From Sphyrna mokarran (Eukaryota): a stretch of DNA of 64,000 nt. Both the position numbers and the translations under genes were made by a program. The stretch is taken from NCBI GenBank assembly GCA_024679065.1, contig JAGIQG010000015.1, positions 33,976,001 through 34,040,000 on the forward strand. The letters run 5' to 3'. The notes beneath the pieces are model-generated. The model did no database searches. It saw nothing but the letters and a program-made list of their open reading frames with translations, and was not told where the DNA came from. This document shows positions 1 to 13,487 of this stretch, in pieces. Within the stretch, counting starts at the first letter, position 1; each line of letters opens with the position of its first letter.

Positions 1-29
1 AATGTGCACCATTAAAGATATGCTGCAGC

Positions 30-180
30 AACTCACTGGGAATGGGTGGAGGGACAGCAAATGATAGGATTACTACCTGCAAGCTGCTCCCCATCCTCAC
101 TTGGAAATACATTGCCATTCCTTTTACTGTCACTGGGTCAAAATCCTGGAACTCTATGGACTGCAATAGTTCAAGAAATT
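30..180 (+). mobile_element. 3' fragment of old CR1-Zenon-like LINE
   Basis: 'cttggaaatacattgccattccttttactgtcactgggtcaaaatcctggaactct' matches the same family at 62490-62600. Confidence 0.5.
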
Positions 181-879
181 TGTGGTTAGCCATTTTGGGC
201 TGAGTTCAAGTTACTTGAAGCTCTTAAAAGTGTCATTGAGCTTTTCCAGCTTAACCATTTTCACAAAGCACAATTGGGTATATTCAATGATCTTTTCCCA
301 TTCATGAGCTCCTTAAACTTAGCACAGCATCTTAGTCTTTGAGGCTTGACAGCTATGTCTCTGTGGTTCCATTGACTTTATAAAATCTTGAGGTTTCCTG
401 ACCCCCTGAGGGGAAAGGACTTCATACTCCTGCATTCTTCCTGTGCCAAAGCCTTCCCTTAAAGACAACTAGGAATGCCAAGGTGATAATTGAGGTTTAT
501 GAAGACTTATTTCTAGACATTTAATAGTGTAAATTTTATTGAAGCATGAAATAGCTGTCTAGTCGGTTTTAACTGAAATGAGATTTTTCAGTTTTGTTTC
601 AAATTCATCTAAATAGCTTGAACTTGTCCTTTCTATGATACCAAAATGACTCATTACACTTGATCTTAAATATTAACCAAGTTTTGTTTTCCATATCAGC
701 AAAAATGTAACTTACAAATTCAGTGCCTCTAAAATCCATTTTGAAATTAAATGGACCATTTAGAAGTTACATTATCTACAAATCAAACTGAATTATCCTA
801 ATCACTTTAATTGATTCATTGTAGATGAGTAATTTCTATTTCATGAATTTACAAACACCAATCCTGGGTTATACAAGTT

Positions 880-1300
880 AGATGATATACTTGGTCAGTG
901 GCATTGCTGGGAAGTCTGAGCTCCTAGACTCCTCCATCAGCCTTGAAGTAAATGTGTTCTTTCTTTCACTACTCCTAGAGCAGTGGAGGTGAACCTGATC
1001 AAGGTATACAAAATTGAGGAACATAGGATGGAAACATTTCTTAGTGGAGTTAATATCCATGGGCATAAATTTTTAAAGTTGGAGTAGGGGAGGAAGCACT
1101 TGCCCACCCAGAGGATAGTGAGAATTTGGAACTCTGCCTGAGAGGGTGCTGGAGATGTGAATCCTCAACATTTGAGAAGCCCTTAGATGAGCACTTGATG
1201 CTATAACATACAAGACTATGACCCAAGTACTGGGAAATAGGATTAGAATAGATAAGTGCTTGGTAACTGACATGGAAACAATGGGCTGACAGGTCTCTGT
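880..1300 (+). mobile_element. degenerate CR1 LINE 3' end
   Basis: decayed 'LEQWR.RGDLIEVYKI' coding remnant, 'tggaactctgcctgagagggtg' and the 'atgggctga...ggtctctgt' tail. Confidence 0.6.
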
Positions 1301-1574
1301 AAAGCTGACTAAAATGGAGTAAAAACAGGCTGACGCAAATTCAAACTTTCTGTATCTCAGCCTTTTGTATACAATGAAGCTAATTTTCTGTTACAAATAG
1401 GATGTTCATGGCTAAATGAGTAAATCTGTTCATGTTGAACATTTTATTTGGGAAGTGGATAAAACAGTAATACAGTTTTTGATACCCAATCAGAAGTATT
1501 TGCCCTTTGCTAAGAGTTCCTTCCCCAAAAGGGTAGCTACAAAGCTGTACTGGCTTTAAACTGACATTTGTGAA

Positions 1575-1730
1575 ATTCTTTGCCACAGAAGGCTGTGGAG
1601 GCCCTGTCATTGAGTGTCTTTTAAGACAGGTTCCTGATAAGAGGATCAGGGGTAATGGGGATGAGAAAAAAATCATCCAGGCAGACTCAATGGGGTGAGT
1701 GACCTAATTCTACTCATGTATTCTGATCTT
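1575..1730 (+). mobile_element. CR1 LINE 3' fragment
   Basis: near-identical to 17390-17580 and 63700-63900 ('cagaaggctgtggaggcc..gtcattgagtgtc'). Confidence 0.7.
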
Positions 1731-2048
1731 AATGCACTTTATTTGCATTAATTTTTGCTTTGGGTTGCCTATGGTTGACTTTGGCTTCAGATTATGACAG
1801 ACCTAAACCACTAGGTGGCAAAAGACTGCTAATGTGTTATCTCTCAGTAGCCTGGCTGAATTAGCAAGATTGCTACTAAAGGGAGACATGACCAAGCTTC
1901 CCAGAACAACACTGTTGCATCTGGTGCTGATAGTTTGCATTATTTCTACCAATATGCAAGTCATTATATAGTCAGTTTGGGCTTTGGCTTTCTTTTGAAA
2001 CCACTTTATTATTGCTTAATGTAACTTGCTCATTTCTATTTGACATAG

Positions 2049-2205
2049 TGCCAGCCAAGCCAACAACCACAAACTGTTTTATCTGTTTGAAGCCATCAAA
2101 TTTCAAGGACCCATGCTCACAATGTGACCATTTAATATGCCAACATTGTAGCAAAGTGTGTGATCACTGCGCAAGGACTTGCTGTTCACTTTGCTCATTT
2201 GATGA
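2049..2205 (+). CDS. SIVA1: SIVA1 apoptosis regulator, penultimate coding exon (Cys-rich zinc-binding region)
   Basis: AG at 2047-48, GTGAGT donor at 2206; encodes VPAKPTTTNCFICLKPSNFKDPCSQCDHLICQHCSKVCDHCARTCCSLCSFD with SIVA-type CxxC spacing; SIVA1 is the known convergent neighbour of AKT1. Confidence 0.88.
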
Positions 2206-2261
2206 GTGAGTAATGCTTTGGTTTTTTCTTGTGGTTTGCATTCTATAAACTCCACGTATAG

Positions 2262-2692
2262 ATGACATTGGTCCGCCTTGTTATTTAACGAGGGGCATAC
2301 ACGCAATGGGTCATGAGGACTGTTCTTGGATCTTTTGAGAGTATCCTACTGCTTCACATTGTTAGTGTATGCTTGACCTGGACGATCTCATGGGCAACAC
2401 GACAGCTCAGTGACTATCGCTGTGCTGTGCAGATACGTGGATTTGGGCCTGTCTGTCAGAGTTTGCACATTCTCCCTTTGCTTGTGTGGGTTTTCTCCAG
2501 GAGCTCCAGTTTCCTCCCACATCCCAAAGATGTGCTCTTAGGCTAATTGGCAAAACAAATTCTCCCTAAATTGTCTCAAATTTGGTTTTTAATCCATAGA
2601 TCTATAAACGTGGGTAGAGGTGGGAACATCGGGATGGCAGTGTGGGCTCGTTGGGCCGAAGGGCCTGTTTCCTGTGCTGTTTTGTTCTTTGT
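2262..2692 (+). mobile_element. 5'-truncated copy of the V-domain-bearing CR1 3'UTR
   Basis: colinear with 51770-52215 (gtcc.ccttgtt...gtgtatgctt..ctggac.atct.atgggcaaca.gacagctcag...V-domain...gggccgaagggcctgtttcctgtgctg); no tRNA head. Confidence 0.75.
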
Positions 2693-3472
2693 ATATACAC
2701 TTTTGCAAAAGCAACAGTTTTGCATAAAACATTTTGATTTGTAAATGTTCTGTTAAGCTTGATGTGCAGATAACAGGCAATATTTGCAATAATACAGGTG
2801 ACATACTTATTACTGACCCCCACTTTTGCTGGGGATGTTTTTATTTGTTACTTGCATATTAGGTCAAGATTTAGGATGGATTGAAAGCACTGAATTCCAA
2901 CCAGCAGCCAAAATTCTCAGCTGCAGTATTAGCCTCTTAGATGGGGTTATAGAATTAATTCTCATCTGCTTTTAAAAAAAATTCACAGTTGAAGGATGTG
3001 GAATGATTTATATCAATGTAATTTGTAGAACACATCTTAAAGCTTTGACACAAACAGTGGAAGGTAAAATTAAGTGATTATCAAATCATGAGTGGCTAGA
3101 GACAATTGTCTTCTGTCAATATCCACCCAAATAGAATTTTTGTTTAATTAGATGGATATGTATTTATGAAGAGTCAATTGCCCCAAAGACCTTGCCACTG
3201 CATCAGTACCTTGAAATTTCAGTACATTGTCTGGGATAAAGATTAATGAAGTATGTTGGTGGCTAAAATTACTGTGCTTCAGAATTTTCCATTGATCACC
3301 AAATTCTGCTTTTTTGCCTATCTCAACTCGTATAGCATCAAGAGTTTGTATACATGCAACCATATGGTAATGTTGTGGTTAAATTGCTCATTTGATTATA
3401 TCAATAGTTTTTGTATATACAACATTTGCACTGCCTATAATTTGTTTCTTATACCATCTTTTATTTTTCCAG

Positions 3473-3521
3473 TTATAATGAAGCCTATGATCAGGTGTTC
3501 TGTTATGGCTGCTTTCCATGA
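3473..3521 (+). CDS. SIVA1: SIVA1 terminal coding exon
   Basis: strong acceptor ttttatttttccag; phase-2 join gives D-YNEAYDQVFCYGCFP*, like the human SIVA1 end DMYEKVLCTSC; TGA at 3519-3521. Confidence 0.88.
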
Positions 3522-3653
3522 AGAGGGTGAAGTTTGACCTGGCTCTAACTTGTACAGAAATGTTTAAATTTAAAATGCATTAACCTGATCACTATACAAA
3601 ATGAAAGTGACATTCTACTTGTAATATACTGTTTTTAATTGTGTATTTGTATA

Positions 3654-3659
3654 AATAAA
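3654..3659 (+). terminator. SIVA1 polyadenylation signal
   Basis: AATAAA about 130 nt after the stop, upstream TGTA motifs, downstream T-rich tract. Confidence 0.7.
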
Positions 3660-6084
3660 GCTTTTTGTATTTTTATTATAGTACTCATTACTCACTTGAA
3701 TACACATTTTTGCATAAGAATTAGGAGCAAGAGTAGGCAATTGAATCCCATTCTGCTATCATAGCTAATCTCCATCTCCTCCTAACTACAATTCCCTGCT
3801 TTTCCTCATAGCCCTTTATCCTGCTTTTGATCAAATATCTGATCTATTGATTGTATTATCCTAATAAGGACTGAAATTAATTAGATTTACATGTGTGCAA
3901 TCAGACACATTGTCCACCAATTAGAAAATCAGCACCAATTCTTCACTGCCCTAAGTGAAATTGAAAATGTATCCTGACAACCTAACAAGAATCATGATGT
4001 GCCTGTCCAAAAACCCAGCTAACTGATTATATCAAATATCACATGATGGTGCTGAACCACTGTACAAGGAAGGCCGCATGTAAAAATGCTTGGTTGCCAG
4101 ATAATGGTCTGAGCAGGGGGAAGCTGGGAATTTACCCAATTTTATTTCTTGATAAAGGGGCTGAATGACTTAATGAGCTTTAATTCTAATTGGCATCCTG
4201 CACATGATGAATCTTGTTTTGTCTGGGAATTCTTTGTAAACTGAGCTACCATGTCTAGGTCTAATTTCCCCCCCTCCCAGACTTCTGGAGTTATTGGGAG
4301 TAGTAGTTTGTTTCATTGTTTTTTGGTGTGCTCCAAGTATCTAATTATTCCTTCTCAGTTTTCTTGGTATTACTCCCAAAGAAAATAATCAATGCAGGTT
4401 TCAGTTAAATGGGATTTTTATGTTCAGCTGAATAGATAGGCCAGTTTGAAATTGAAAGATGAATTACTTGTATATCCTTAATGTGCTGAGAGTCCTAAAG
4501 GAGACACTCAAACCACTTGCTGACAAGGATGTGACTGGCTGAAATAAGCCAGCACTTCAACTGCTAGTTGTCAATTGATCTTGCTTGTAACTGATTTTAT
4601 TACTGTTCATTCACATAGTACCTTTTCTCTTCGCTTTGAACCTGTGCCTTCCTGCTGCCATAATTGATTTTTGTCACTTCCCTTTTCTCTGTAATGTGAG
4701 CAAACTGATTCATGTTTAAGCTCCTAAGAGCTTCCACTTAACCCTCAACTTGGCATGCTGACATGTGTTCCTCCATGTTTAACTAGCTTCCTCTTTAAAG
4801 GCATTGATATCTTTTTTTGCAAGTTGGACAGTACACTTGTGCTGCCACTAGAGTGTACTGCTGAGCTGCAGAGCAAACACTTGTCATTTTGTTCTGGTTG
4901 TTTTTATTCATTTGTGGGGAGTGTTGCTGGCCAGATGCCGATAGTTACTGCCCATCTCAAACAGCCATCAAGAAGGGGGTAGTAAGCTGCTGCCTTGAAC
5001 CACTGAAGTCCATTGAGTTTGGCTGTATCTAAAACACAAGTGCAAACTTGTTTACATAATTCCTTTCATGACTCAGGCTCCCCAAACTCAATACTGCAAT
5101 TTACTGAGATTCAGCATGCAACTCATGGTAAGATTGCATCTGTTTTAATTTAATACAATGAGATTTTTAGAAAGTCCACCAATATTTTTACAGTTTAAAA
5201 CTGATCCAAGACAAGATTGTGGGCACATGCCACACCACAATGGTCCCACATTCAGTTCCTCTTTTGGAGGCTTGTGTAAGAAGAGCTTTGAGTTATGTAG
5301 TTGGGGTGGGGCCTAAACACCACTTTACAAGGGTGCCCACAATCTCAGTATTCTAGGAGGACCTGCTGTCCTGAAAATCAGCATGTTCTCTTCACACATA
5401 CCCCCCACAAATTGCTGTTCTGTGCTGCCAGGGTGCTTAATGGGTATCACTCACTCAGCTATGCCCCTGATCACCTGGCCTTTGAGCCCTCTGCTGTGAC
5501 CATCGTGCCAGATTTCTGTTGGTGAAGATGTATACTGATTTGCACTGGTGTATCCTTTCAGCAGAGAGGAATGATCATGTATGAATTTGGTAATGAGATT
5601 GAGATCCAGTCAATCCTAGGAAAATTGGCCTCTTGGCCTTTCTGGGTGCAATCTGGTTCATGTCAATGGAAAGGGGCTGGGATGATTAGTAATTTGTTGC
5701 CAGGTGTGAAACTGGTTTTTTAGGCTTGCACATTATTCTCTGGAATCTTGAATTGCCCCTGCTCCTCCTCCCCCCCACCACCACCATGAATTGTCATTAA
5801 TCTTGATGCAGTTTTATTGTCATCGGTATTCATTTCAGATTGCAAAGTGTGTGGAATCCAAAACTTGCAACAGTTAGGGGCAAAACATCCAATGAGATTG
5901 GCAAAAGCTGCTCTAAAATAACTTGATAAACTAGCATCTTAGTTATTCTGTCATAAGAGGGAAAACAATTTAAACAAGTTATCTTCAGAAGAATTAACCA
6001 GAAAACAAGCAGCACTTTGATCTTTGCTTTTTGGTCTGATCATTCCTATCCAATATTTCAAAAAACATTTATTTCTATTGCCTT

Positions 6085-7625
6085 CATCTTTTAATTTGAT
6101 TTATTGTCACATGTATTATATTGAAAAATATTGTTTCTTTGTGCTATACAGACAAAACATTGTACATGGGGACAAAGGAGCAAATGTAGACTGTAACGTT
6201 ACAATCATAGCTAGAGTGTAGAGAAAGATCAGCTTAGTGCAAGGTAAGTCTATTTAAAAGGCAGTAGGGAAGAAGCTGTTCTTGAATTGGTTGATACATG
6301 ATCTCTTTTTTGTATCTTTTACCCAATGGAAGAAGGCAGAAGAGAGTATGTCAGGAGTGTTTGGTGTCCTCAATTATGCTAGCTGCTTTTCTGAAGCAGC
6401 AGCAAGTGTAGACATTATCAATGGATGGGAGGTTGGTTTGAGTAATTGACTGGGCTTCATGCACAACCATTTTAGTTTCTTGTCTTAGAGCAGGAACTAT
6501 ACCAAACTGATATGACTGGAAAGCTTGTGTTCTATGGTGTAGCTGTAAAAGTTGATGAGAATTGTAGTGGCTGTGCCAAATTTCCTTAGTCTCCTGAGAA
6601 AGTAGAGGTGTTGGTGGTCATTCTTAACTAGTGTCCATTTGGAGGGATCAGGAGAGATGATTAGTGATCTGGATACCTAAAATCTTGTAATTTTCAACCA
6701 TTTCTTTGTCCCTATTTATGTAGACAGGGGCATGCCCTCCACTACATTTCCTGAAATTAATGATTATTTGTTTTGTTGACATTAAGGGAGAGATTATTGT
6801 CATCGCACTGAACATCGGAGTCTCTATCTGTGCCTCATCATTGTTTGAGATCCGACCCACAATGGTGGTGTCATCAGTAAACTTGAAGATCAAGTTGAAG
6901 TGGAATTTGGTTACATAGGCATATAAGGGATATAGTAAGGGACTGGGGACACAGCCTTGTGGAGCACCAATGTTGAGGATGATCACGGAGGTGTTGTTGC
7001 CTACCCTTACTGACTAGTTATGAAGTTGAGGATGCAGTTGCAGAGGGAAGAGCACCAAGCCTCAGGCCATGAAATTTGGAGGTGAATCTGATAGGAATAA
7101 TAGTGTTAAAGGCTGAGCTGTAGTCTATAGCTAGAAATCTGATATTAGTGTCTTTGTTATCTAGGCATTTCAGGGTTGAGTACAGGGCCAAGAGGATGGC
7201 TTCTGCTGTGGACCTATTGTGGTAGGCAAACTGTAGTGGATCGAGGCACTCTGGAAGACAGGAATTGATTCATGCTGTGACAAACCTTTCAAAGCACTTC
7301 ATAATGATGGCTGTCAGAGCGATCGGACAATAATCATTATGGCATACTGCCCGGCTTTTCTTTGGTAACGGGATGATGGTCATCTTCTTGAAGCAGGTAG
7401 GGACCTCAGATTGGTGTAAAGAGAGGTTGGAGATGTTTGTGAATATCCCTGCCACCTGGTCCGTGCAAGATTTGAATGCTTGTCCAGGTACCCCATCTAG
7501 GCCGGTTGCTTTCTGTGGCTTGACTTTTGAGAAAGCTGCTGTGACGTCCACAATGGTGATTTTGGATACAGGTTCACCCAAGACTTCAGGATCGGTAGGC
7601 GTACTCTTGCTCAAAACAGGCTGAG
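6085..7625 (-). mobile_element. Rex1/Babar-clade LINE, 5'-truncated and decayed
   Basis: RT peptides KATGLDGVPG, NDYCPIALTAIIMKCFER, GAPQGCVPSPLLY, FTDDTTIVGRISNNDE; 3' tail 'tacatgtgacaataaatcaaat'. Confidence 0.85.
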
Positions 7626-8494
7626 CTCATAGTTCAAACTGAATTTTAACCATTAAACCATCCCAGAGATTTAAGATTATGTCAAAGAATAGTTCAGAGT
7701 CCACATTGGTAATATTTTTAAATTTAAGCCAGTTGACCAGAAATAAAGTTAGAACCCTATTGAACTTTGCATAAATCGACAATTCAAATACTCAGAACAG
7801 TTTCTGCTGTTAAATTATTATCCTGTGTAGTCCAAGTCCCTATAGTAATAACTCAAAAGCAACATTCCTCCAGTTATGTATCCCCATATTCCTATTCAAG
7901 CCACTCATGGCAGATACATGTTCACACATGGACAATGCCCTGTAAACCATGATGATTTTTAGCCTTTCTAGTTGTTTCCCTTATTGCCGCAGTTAATGGA
8001 AATCATTAAACTCTAGCTCTTCACTAATTCTAATATATTTAGAAAGTGATGAGAAATACTGTCAACATCTCAAAGTCGTTCTCCCTTCATTATCCTGCAA
8101 GAACTAAACACTTAACTATCAGTCATCCTCCATCTGCAGCCACTCCATTCCATTTGAAGAGCTAAAAACAATTCCTTTCTGCAGAATCAATTTCAACAAA
8201 AGCTTCAGTTATTTAATCTTTCAAACCTTGTCCCTTTTAAATGGCCTTCTAAATTATACATTACATTGCATAACACAGTGAAAGTAGATTTTTAAAACAC
8301 CCTAAAATTAGACCCCCAACACTCCTACTCAAAAAATGGTAAAATCATCAAGCTTACAGGGCTTTGGTTCAACATAAGAGGCATGTTATTTCTGCAATCT
8401 AAATCAATAATTAGTGACCACATATTGCCATGACTTTGAGTATATTTTTAATTACAAAGATCCAATTCAGATTTCTGAATCACACTTTGTTCTT

Positions 8495-8736
8495 TGTGCA
8501 TTCGCCCCGTGCTTGCGTGGGTTTTCTCCAGGAGCTCCAGTTTCCTCCCACATCCCAAAGATGTGCTCTTAGGCTAATTGGCAAAACAAATTCTCCCTAA
8601 CTTGTCTCAAATTTGGTTTTTAATCCATAGATCTATAAACATGGACAAGGATCGCGGGTAGAGGTGGGAACATCAGGGTGGCGGCACGGGCTCGTTGGGC
8701 CAAAGGGCCTGTTTCCCATGCTGTTTTTTTCTTTGC
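8495..8736 (+). mobile_element. short copy of the V-domain-bearing CR1 3' end
   Basis: about 130 nt almost identical to 2485-2610, then the same gggctcgttgggcc tail. Confidence 0.75.
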
Positions 8737-8837
8737 ACCAATAGTTGTTATCAAGTTGGATGGCAATATGGAATATCCTTAAGGAATCAGAAGAGTATAA
8801 CTTAAAGCCTGCTTAAAAAGTTAATTGTCATATTACA

Positions 8838-9125
8838 GAATTCCTACAATGCAAAGAGGCCATTTGGGCCACTGAATTGTACCAGCTCTGTGACAGAATA
8901 TTTTATTCAGGAACCCTTCCATAACCTACACCTCTTGGGACACAAAAGGACAATTTAGCACAGCTGATCAATCTAGCCTGCACAACTTTCAATGTGGGAG
9001 GAACAGACACACAGAGAAAATCCACACAGAGGGAGAATGTGCAAACTCCACACAGACTTGAGACTGGAATCGAACCTAGGTCCCTGGAGCTGTGAGGCAG
9101 CAGTGTTAACCAATGTGTCACCCCA
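8838..9125 (-). mobile_element. HE1-like V-SINE
   Basis: tRNA-like head (ggttaacactgctgcctcacagc, ggttcgattcc) plus V-domain tgtgtggagtttgcacattctccc. Confidence 0.85.
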
Positions 9126-12124
9126 CATTTTTCCTTTCTAAAAGTAAAGCATTATTTGAAGATACAGGTCAAAGAGAATTACATCCTTAGTATCATTCTT
9201 AAAAAAGTGGTTCCTATCTTTCTTACAGTAGATGTTCCGGATCTATTTGATAATCTCTAAGGAAGAAGAAACTAATTTATTTTGCAATTACGCTAATTGT
9301 GTTCTGTTGGATTAATCGGCCATCAGTGACTTTGGGTGTTTATTTTATTTTCCAGCTTAATATATTTCCTGAAGTTTAAAAGAACAACAGATCAGAAGCT
9401 ATACCTTTAAGTAATAAGGACCCTAATTTACTGAGTCCTTAGAGATGCACAAAAAAATACAAGTATTTTCTTAATTGTTGATTCCATCTTACTGCCTAGC
9501 TGTTGTGTGGAATTGGATCAGAACTGAAATTCTGACCTTTCATCTCCATCATCTGACCTAAAATCTATTAAATTTTGTATAAGAATTCCTGAAAAGTACC
9601 TTAGCACATTTTCTTTTAGTTTATTAAAGGTAAGACAGAAATACAAGTTGTTGACTTGAATAAAGATTTTGAAGTTTGTTCTCCAGCTTAGTAATTTCGA
9701 AATACATTAGAGCAAAAACTAATAGAATTTTGGATATGGGAAGCTCTAGGGTAAATGTTTACAAAGCAGTATTTAATGGAACATGCAGCCTACATAGAAT
9801 TGTTCTACTTTACAGATAGGATCTTCATTACTGTTGAAAAAGCATAAAATGTCTTCTCCATACTTGGGTTTCTTTTAAGGAAAAATTTTCCATTCAGCAT
9901 GACCTGCAGGAATATGCTTGCAGTATGTATCCAATCTATAGTTATTGATAATAACACTAATTGTATATATTGCCAAAAGGAGTGGCATTTAATACAAAGG
10001 ATTTCTGATCACTTCTGTCTTCTGACTCATGCCATCCTTGGCTGCTTGAAGGTCGAGCACTATTAACAATGTAACTACCAAATGAATCTTTTGCTTCATT
10101 CAAATACTTCTTTATATTTTGGCAAGTCTTCACAATCCTCTTTTTGCTATATAAGCTGACTGGCTGAGCTATCAGGTAAAGTTGCCCCTTTCCCATACAT
10201 AGGCCACAATGATATTTCCCCACAGTGTGGCATAAATTAGAAATTAAAAAAAGCACAAGTCCCTGATCACAATCAGAATATCATTTCATTGCAAGGCTCC
10301 GTAGAGTGACATAGTTCATAACACTGCTCTCAAGTGAACCCTTTGGACATGTTGCAATTAATAAACTGTTAGAAGTGCTGAAAGATTTGTTTTCAACTAT
10401 TGGTAAGTAGTGGCTTTAAGGCAATTCATCCTTTAAACCTGAGAAAGAATAACAGCCACAATAGCTAGTAATTTTTGTTGTAAACTAAAATTACAAGAAC
10501 ATATTTATTTCAAGATTAATTAATGTCATGTTTCAATTTTCAAAATAAACCAGAAGGCTCCTTTTACAAGGATATTCTGCTTAAATGGATTTGATTTTGA
10601 AACAATTGGCATATGAGTTCAGTCTGCTGTTTTAAAAGAAGGTACACATTTCAAACCCTGAAACTTAATCAGCTACGCTCAATGAGTTATATAGCTCTTA
10701 TTATTTGCATATTTAAAAATACTAAAAATGTTTGCGGTATGAAGTAGGTAGATGACACTTTCCTTTATATCTGACCTTAAAATGTAAAATAATACTTGTA
10801 TGAGCTTTCTGTTCCTCTATAAGCCAGTCACTACGAAACAGACTATTGTGCTGACACATATGTAAACCTTTTAGCGAACAATTTACAAGACCATTCAATA
10901 ATCACTCCTTGCAGCTTAGCTCCAAGTTTGCTGGAGTTTTAAGGAATGGCAGTTAGTTTCTTTTTATTAAAATTACCCTTTATAAACGTCACGGCTTTTT
11001 AGATTTAGGATTTGCAATCTGTTGCTTCAGGGTTCAGGCCGATCACATCTACCCAGGGCAGATGCAGTGACAGCTGACACATGTTCCCACTTCTGCAAAA
11101 CAAAGAATGATTCAATCTGTCAGTCATTCACAACTGCTTTTATGCAGAGTTACCGAGCAAGTCTAGACCCTGAAATATTTGTCTCTGGCTAGGAAAGAAA
11201 ACACGGTCGGTCCCCACACTATATTGTGTGTGGCAGTTTTGTCCCAGTATGAATGTAGCACGCAGTACAAGGGCCGTGACCTTTCTGGCCAGAGTGGATC
11301 TGTGCACTCAATTACTGAAGAGTTTCAGATTAGCCAGTTCTGCCAACTGCTTTCCCTAGTATGATAACGGCACCCCATCAATCAAAGACAAAGTTGACTG
11401 GTATTTTATGTACAGCCATATATGCAACTGGCTGATGATGTGAACCAGCCTACCAATGAGCCGCAGAACATTTTCAGCAAAAATAGAATCTGAATGGTAG
11501 TAAATTGTTGCCTACAAAACAGCTGCATGGATGAGATTTTCAATTAGATTATGGCAGCTTAGTAACCTTCACACATTCGTTTGGTGAAAAGTAAGACGTC
11601 TAATGACAATAAAAAGAGACCGAAATTGTCTGTAGTTCAATATTATTAAATTATTAATGTGAGCACAGGTGGCTTTGTGGCTATGTTGTGTTTTTTTTTC
11701 CTCCTACTGTTGGTTCCAGGTTTGAATTATAGTGGGAAATGAAGCTGGATCCTTATGTGAGGTGAATTCTCAAACTTCTAAGCCTGCTGTTCAATGCCAA
11801 TTTCAGAGTGGAGGCTGCATGTGCACCAGATGGTGAAATGCTGTTATGGGCACAACAGCTCTCCAGATTCAGGTTTTCTTGATGTCCAAGTTCCATACCT
11901 ATCATGGGGATGGTATAATGCTTCCCCACCTCCCTTCCCGAAAAAAATTAAGACGCACTGTAAATATATGACTAAAATGTGATTCTATATTAACATATAA
12001 TTGAATGTTGGCTTTAGAATAGATGCATTTTGATTCCGGATTTCTATTGAACATGACTGTAATGATTAGTAAACATTAATTTGTAAGATCTCATTGACAT
12101 GCCTATACTATTGGTCAGCAGCAT

Positions 12125-12395
12125 TTTATTTATTTATTAGTGTCATAAGTAGGCTTTCATTAACACTGCAATAAAGTTACTGTGAAAATCCCCTACTCAT
12201 CACATTCTGGCATCTGCTCAGATACACTGAGGGAGAAATTAACATAGACAATGCACCTAACAGCACATGGGAGGAAACCCACACAGACACAGGGAGAATG
12301 TGCAGACTGTGTACTAACAGTCACCCAAGCTGGAATTGAACCTGGGTCCCTGGCACTGTGAGGCAGCAGTGCTAACCATTCTGCCATCATGCTGC
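12125..12395 (-). mobile_element. V-SINE with Rex1-like tail
   Basis: tRNA head, V-domain, tail ttttcacagtaac...cctacttatgacactaataaa. Confidence 0.85.
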
Positions 12396-13314
12396 ACAGT
12401 AATTTTTAGTTTACTGGGACAAATGTACAGAAACATGTGCAAGAACATTTAGCATTGGTACCATTTGAAACAGGTGCAAAATGGATTCAAATGGAAGTGT
12501 TTTTCTTTCATTCATGGGACATGGACGTCACTGGCTGGCCTGTATTTATTGTCCGTTTGTTGTTACCTGAGGGCTTACACCCAGTTTTTCACTTCAGGTA
12601 TGTATTTACAATGTATCAGGAGCAGAAAATGGATGGAAATCATAAAGAGTTGGGAGAACAATAGAGAAGTGTTAGAGTAGAAACAGTTCTTACAGTCTTA
12701 AATAGCTGTACATGACAGTCAAGTTGATTGGTAGCATTTAAAAGCTGGATAGGGGAAAGGACTAAAACATTGCAGGCAAATTAAAGATTCAGAAACCCAA
12801 GTCAATCTTCAGTTAGCTAATGGACTAGCCAGTCCGTAATCCAATTTGATGACTGCAGAAATGGAGATGGTGCTAAATGAGGAATTTGTAATAAGGGTTT
12901 ACCCTCAATATTGCTTCAAAGTGACATCTCTAAGAATCTGCAAATGGTATGTCTGTCAGAGCACGACTTTCTATGATAACCAATGGATGTGCCAATCTTG
13001 TGTTGCATGTACAAACCCATACCACAAAAGAAGTTTATTTAATCCATCTTCCCTGCTTAGACTATCCAATTAGTCCCACTCCTCTGCACTTACAACCCTG
13101 TCATTTTTACCCCTTTAATTATTTATCCAATTCCTTTTTCCAAGCAACTATTCAGTTTACCTTCACCGTCTTTCATGCTGTGCTTTCTAGATCACAACCT
13201 GTTGCATTCTCTCCTCATCTCATAACAACAAACTCTTTCGTTAGTTATTTTGAATCCGTCTTAAATTTTAAATCTACTGATGTGTAGAAGGGAAGGATTG
13301 GGGTGGGATGGTGA

Positions 13315-13487
13315 GGAAGATGTGCTGGTTAGCTGGATTGGCCATGGTGAATTGCCCCTTAGTGTCAGGGGCATTAGCAGGGTAAATATGTGGGGTTAGG
13401 GAAATAAGGCCTGGGTGGGACTGTGGTCAATGCTGGCTCACCAGATTGAATGGCTTCTTTCTGCATTGTAGGGAATTCTATGATTCA
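13315..13487 (+). mobile_element. HE1 SINE 3' half
   Basis: gatgtgctggttagctggattggccatg...ctgcattgtagggaattctatgattc. Confidence 0.75.

Noticed and set aside
2485-8640. Segmental duplication or LTR pair from near-identical blocks at 2.5 and 8.5 kb
   Set aside because: Both are 5'-truncated copies of the same LINE 3' end with unrelated flanks
11154-11188. 35-nt mini-exon on minus (tttcctAG...GTAACT) upstream of the candidate alternative exon
   Set aside because: Would need an intron of about 61 nt and has no homology support
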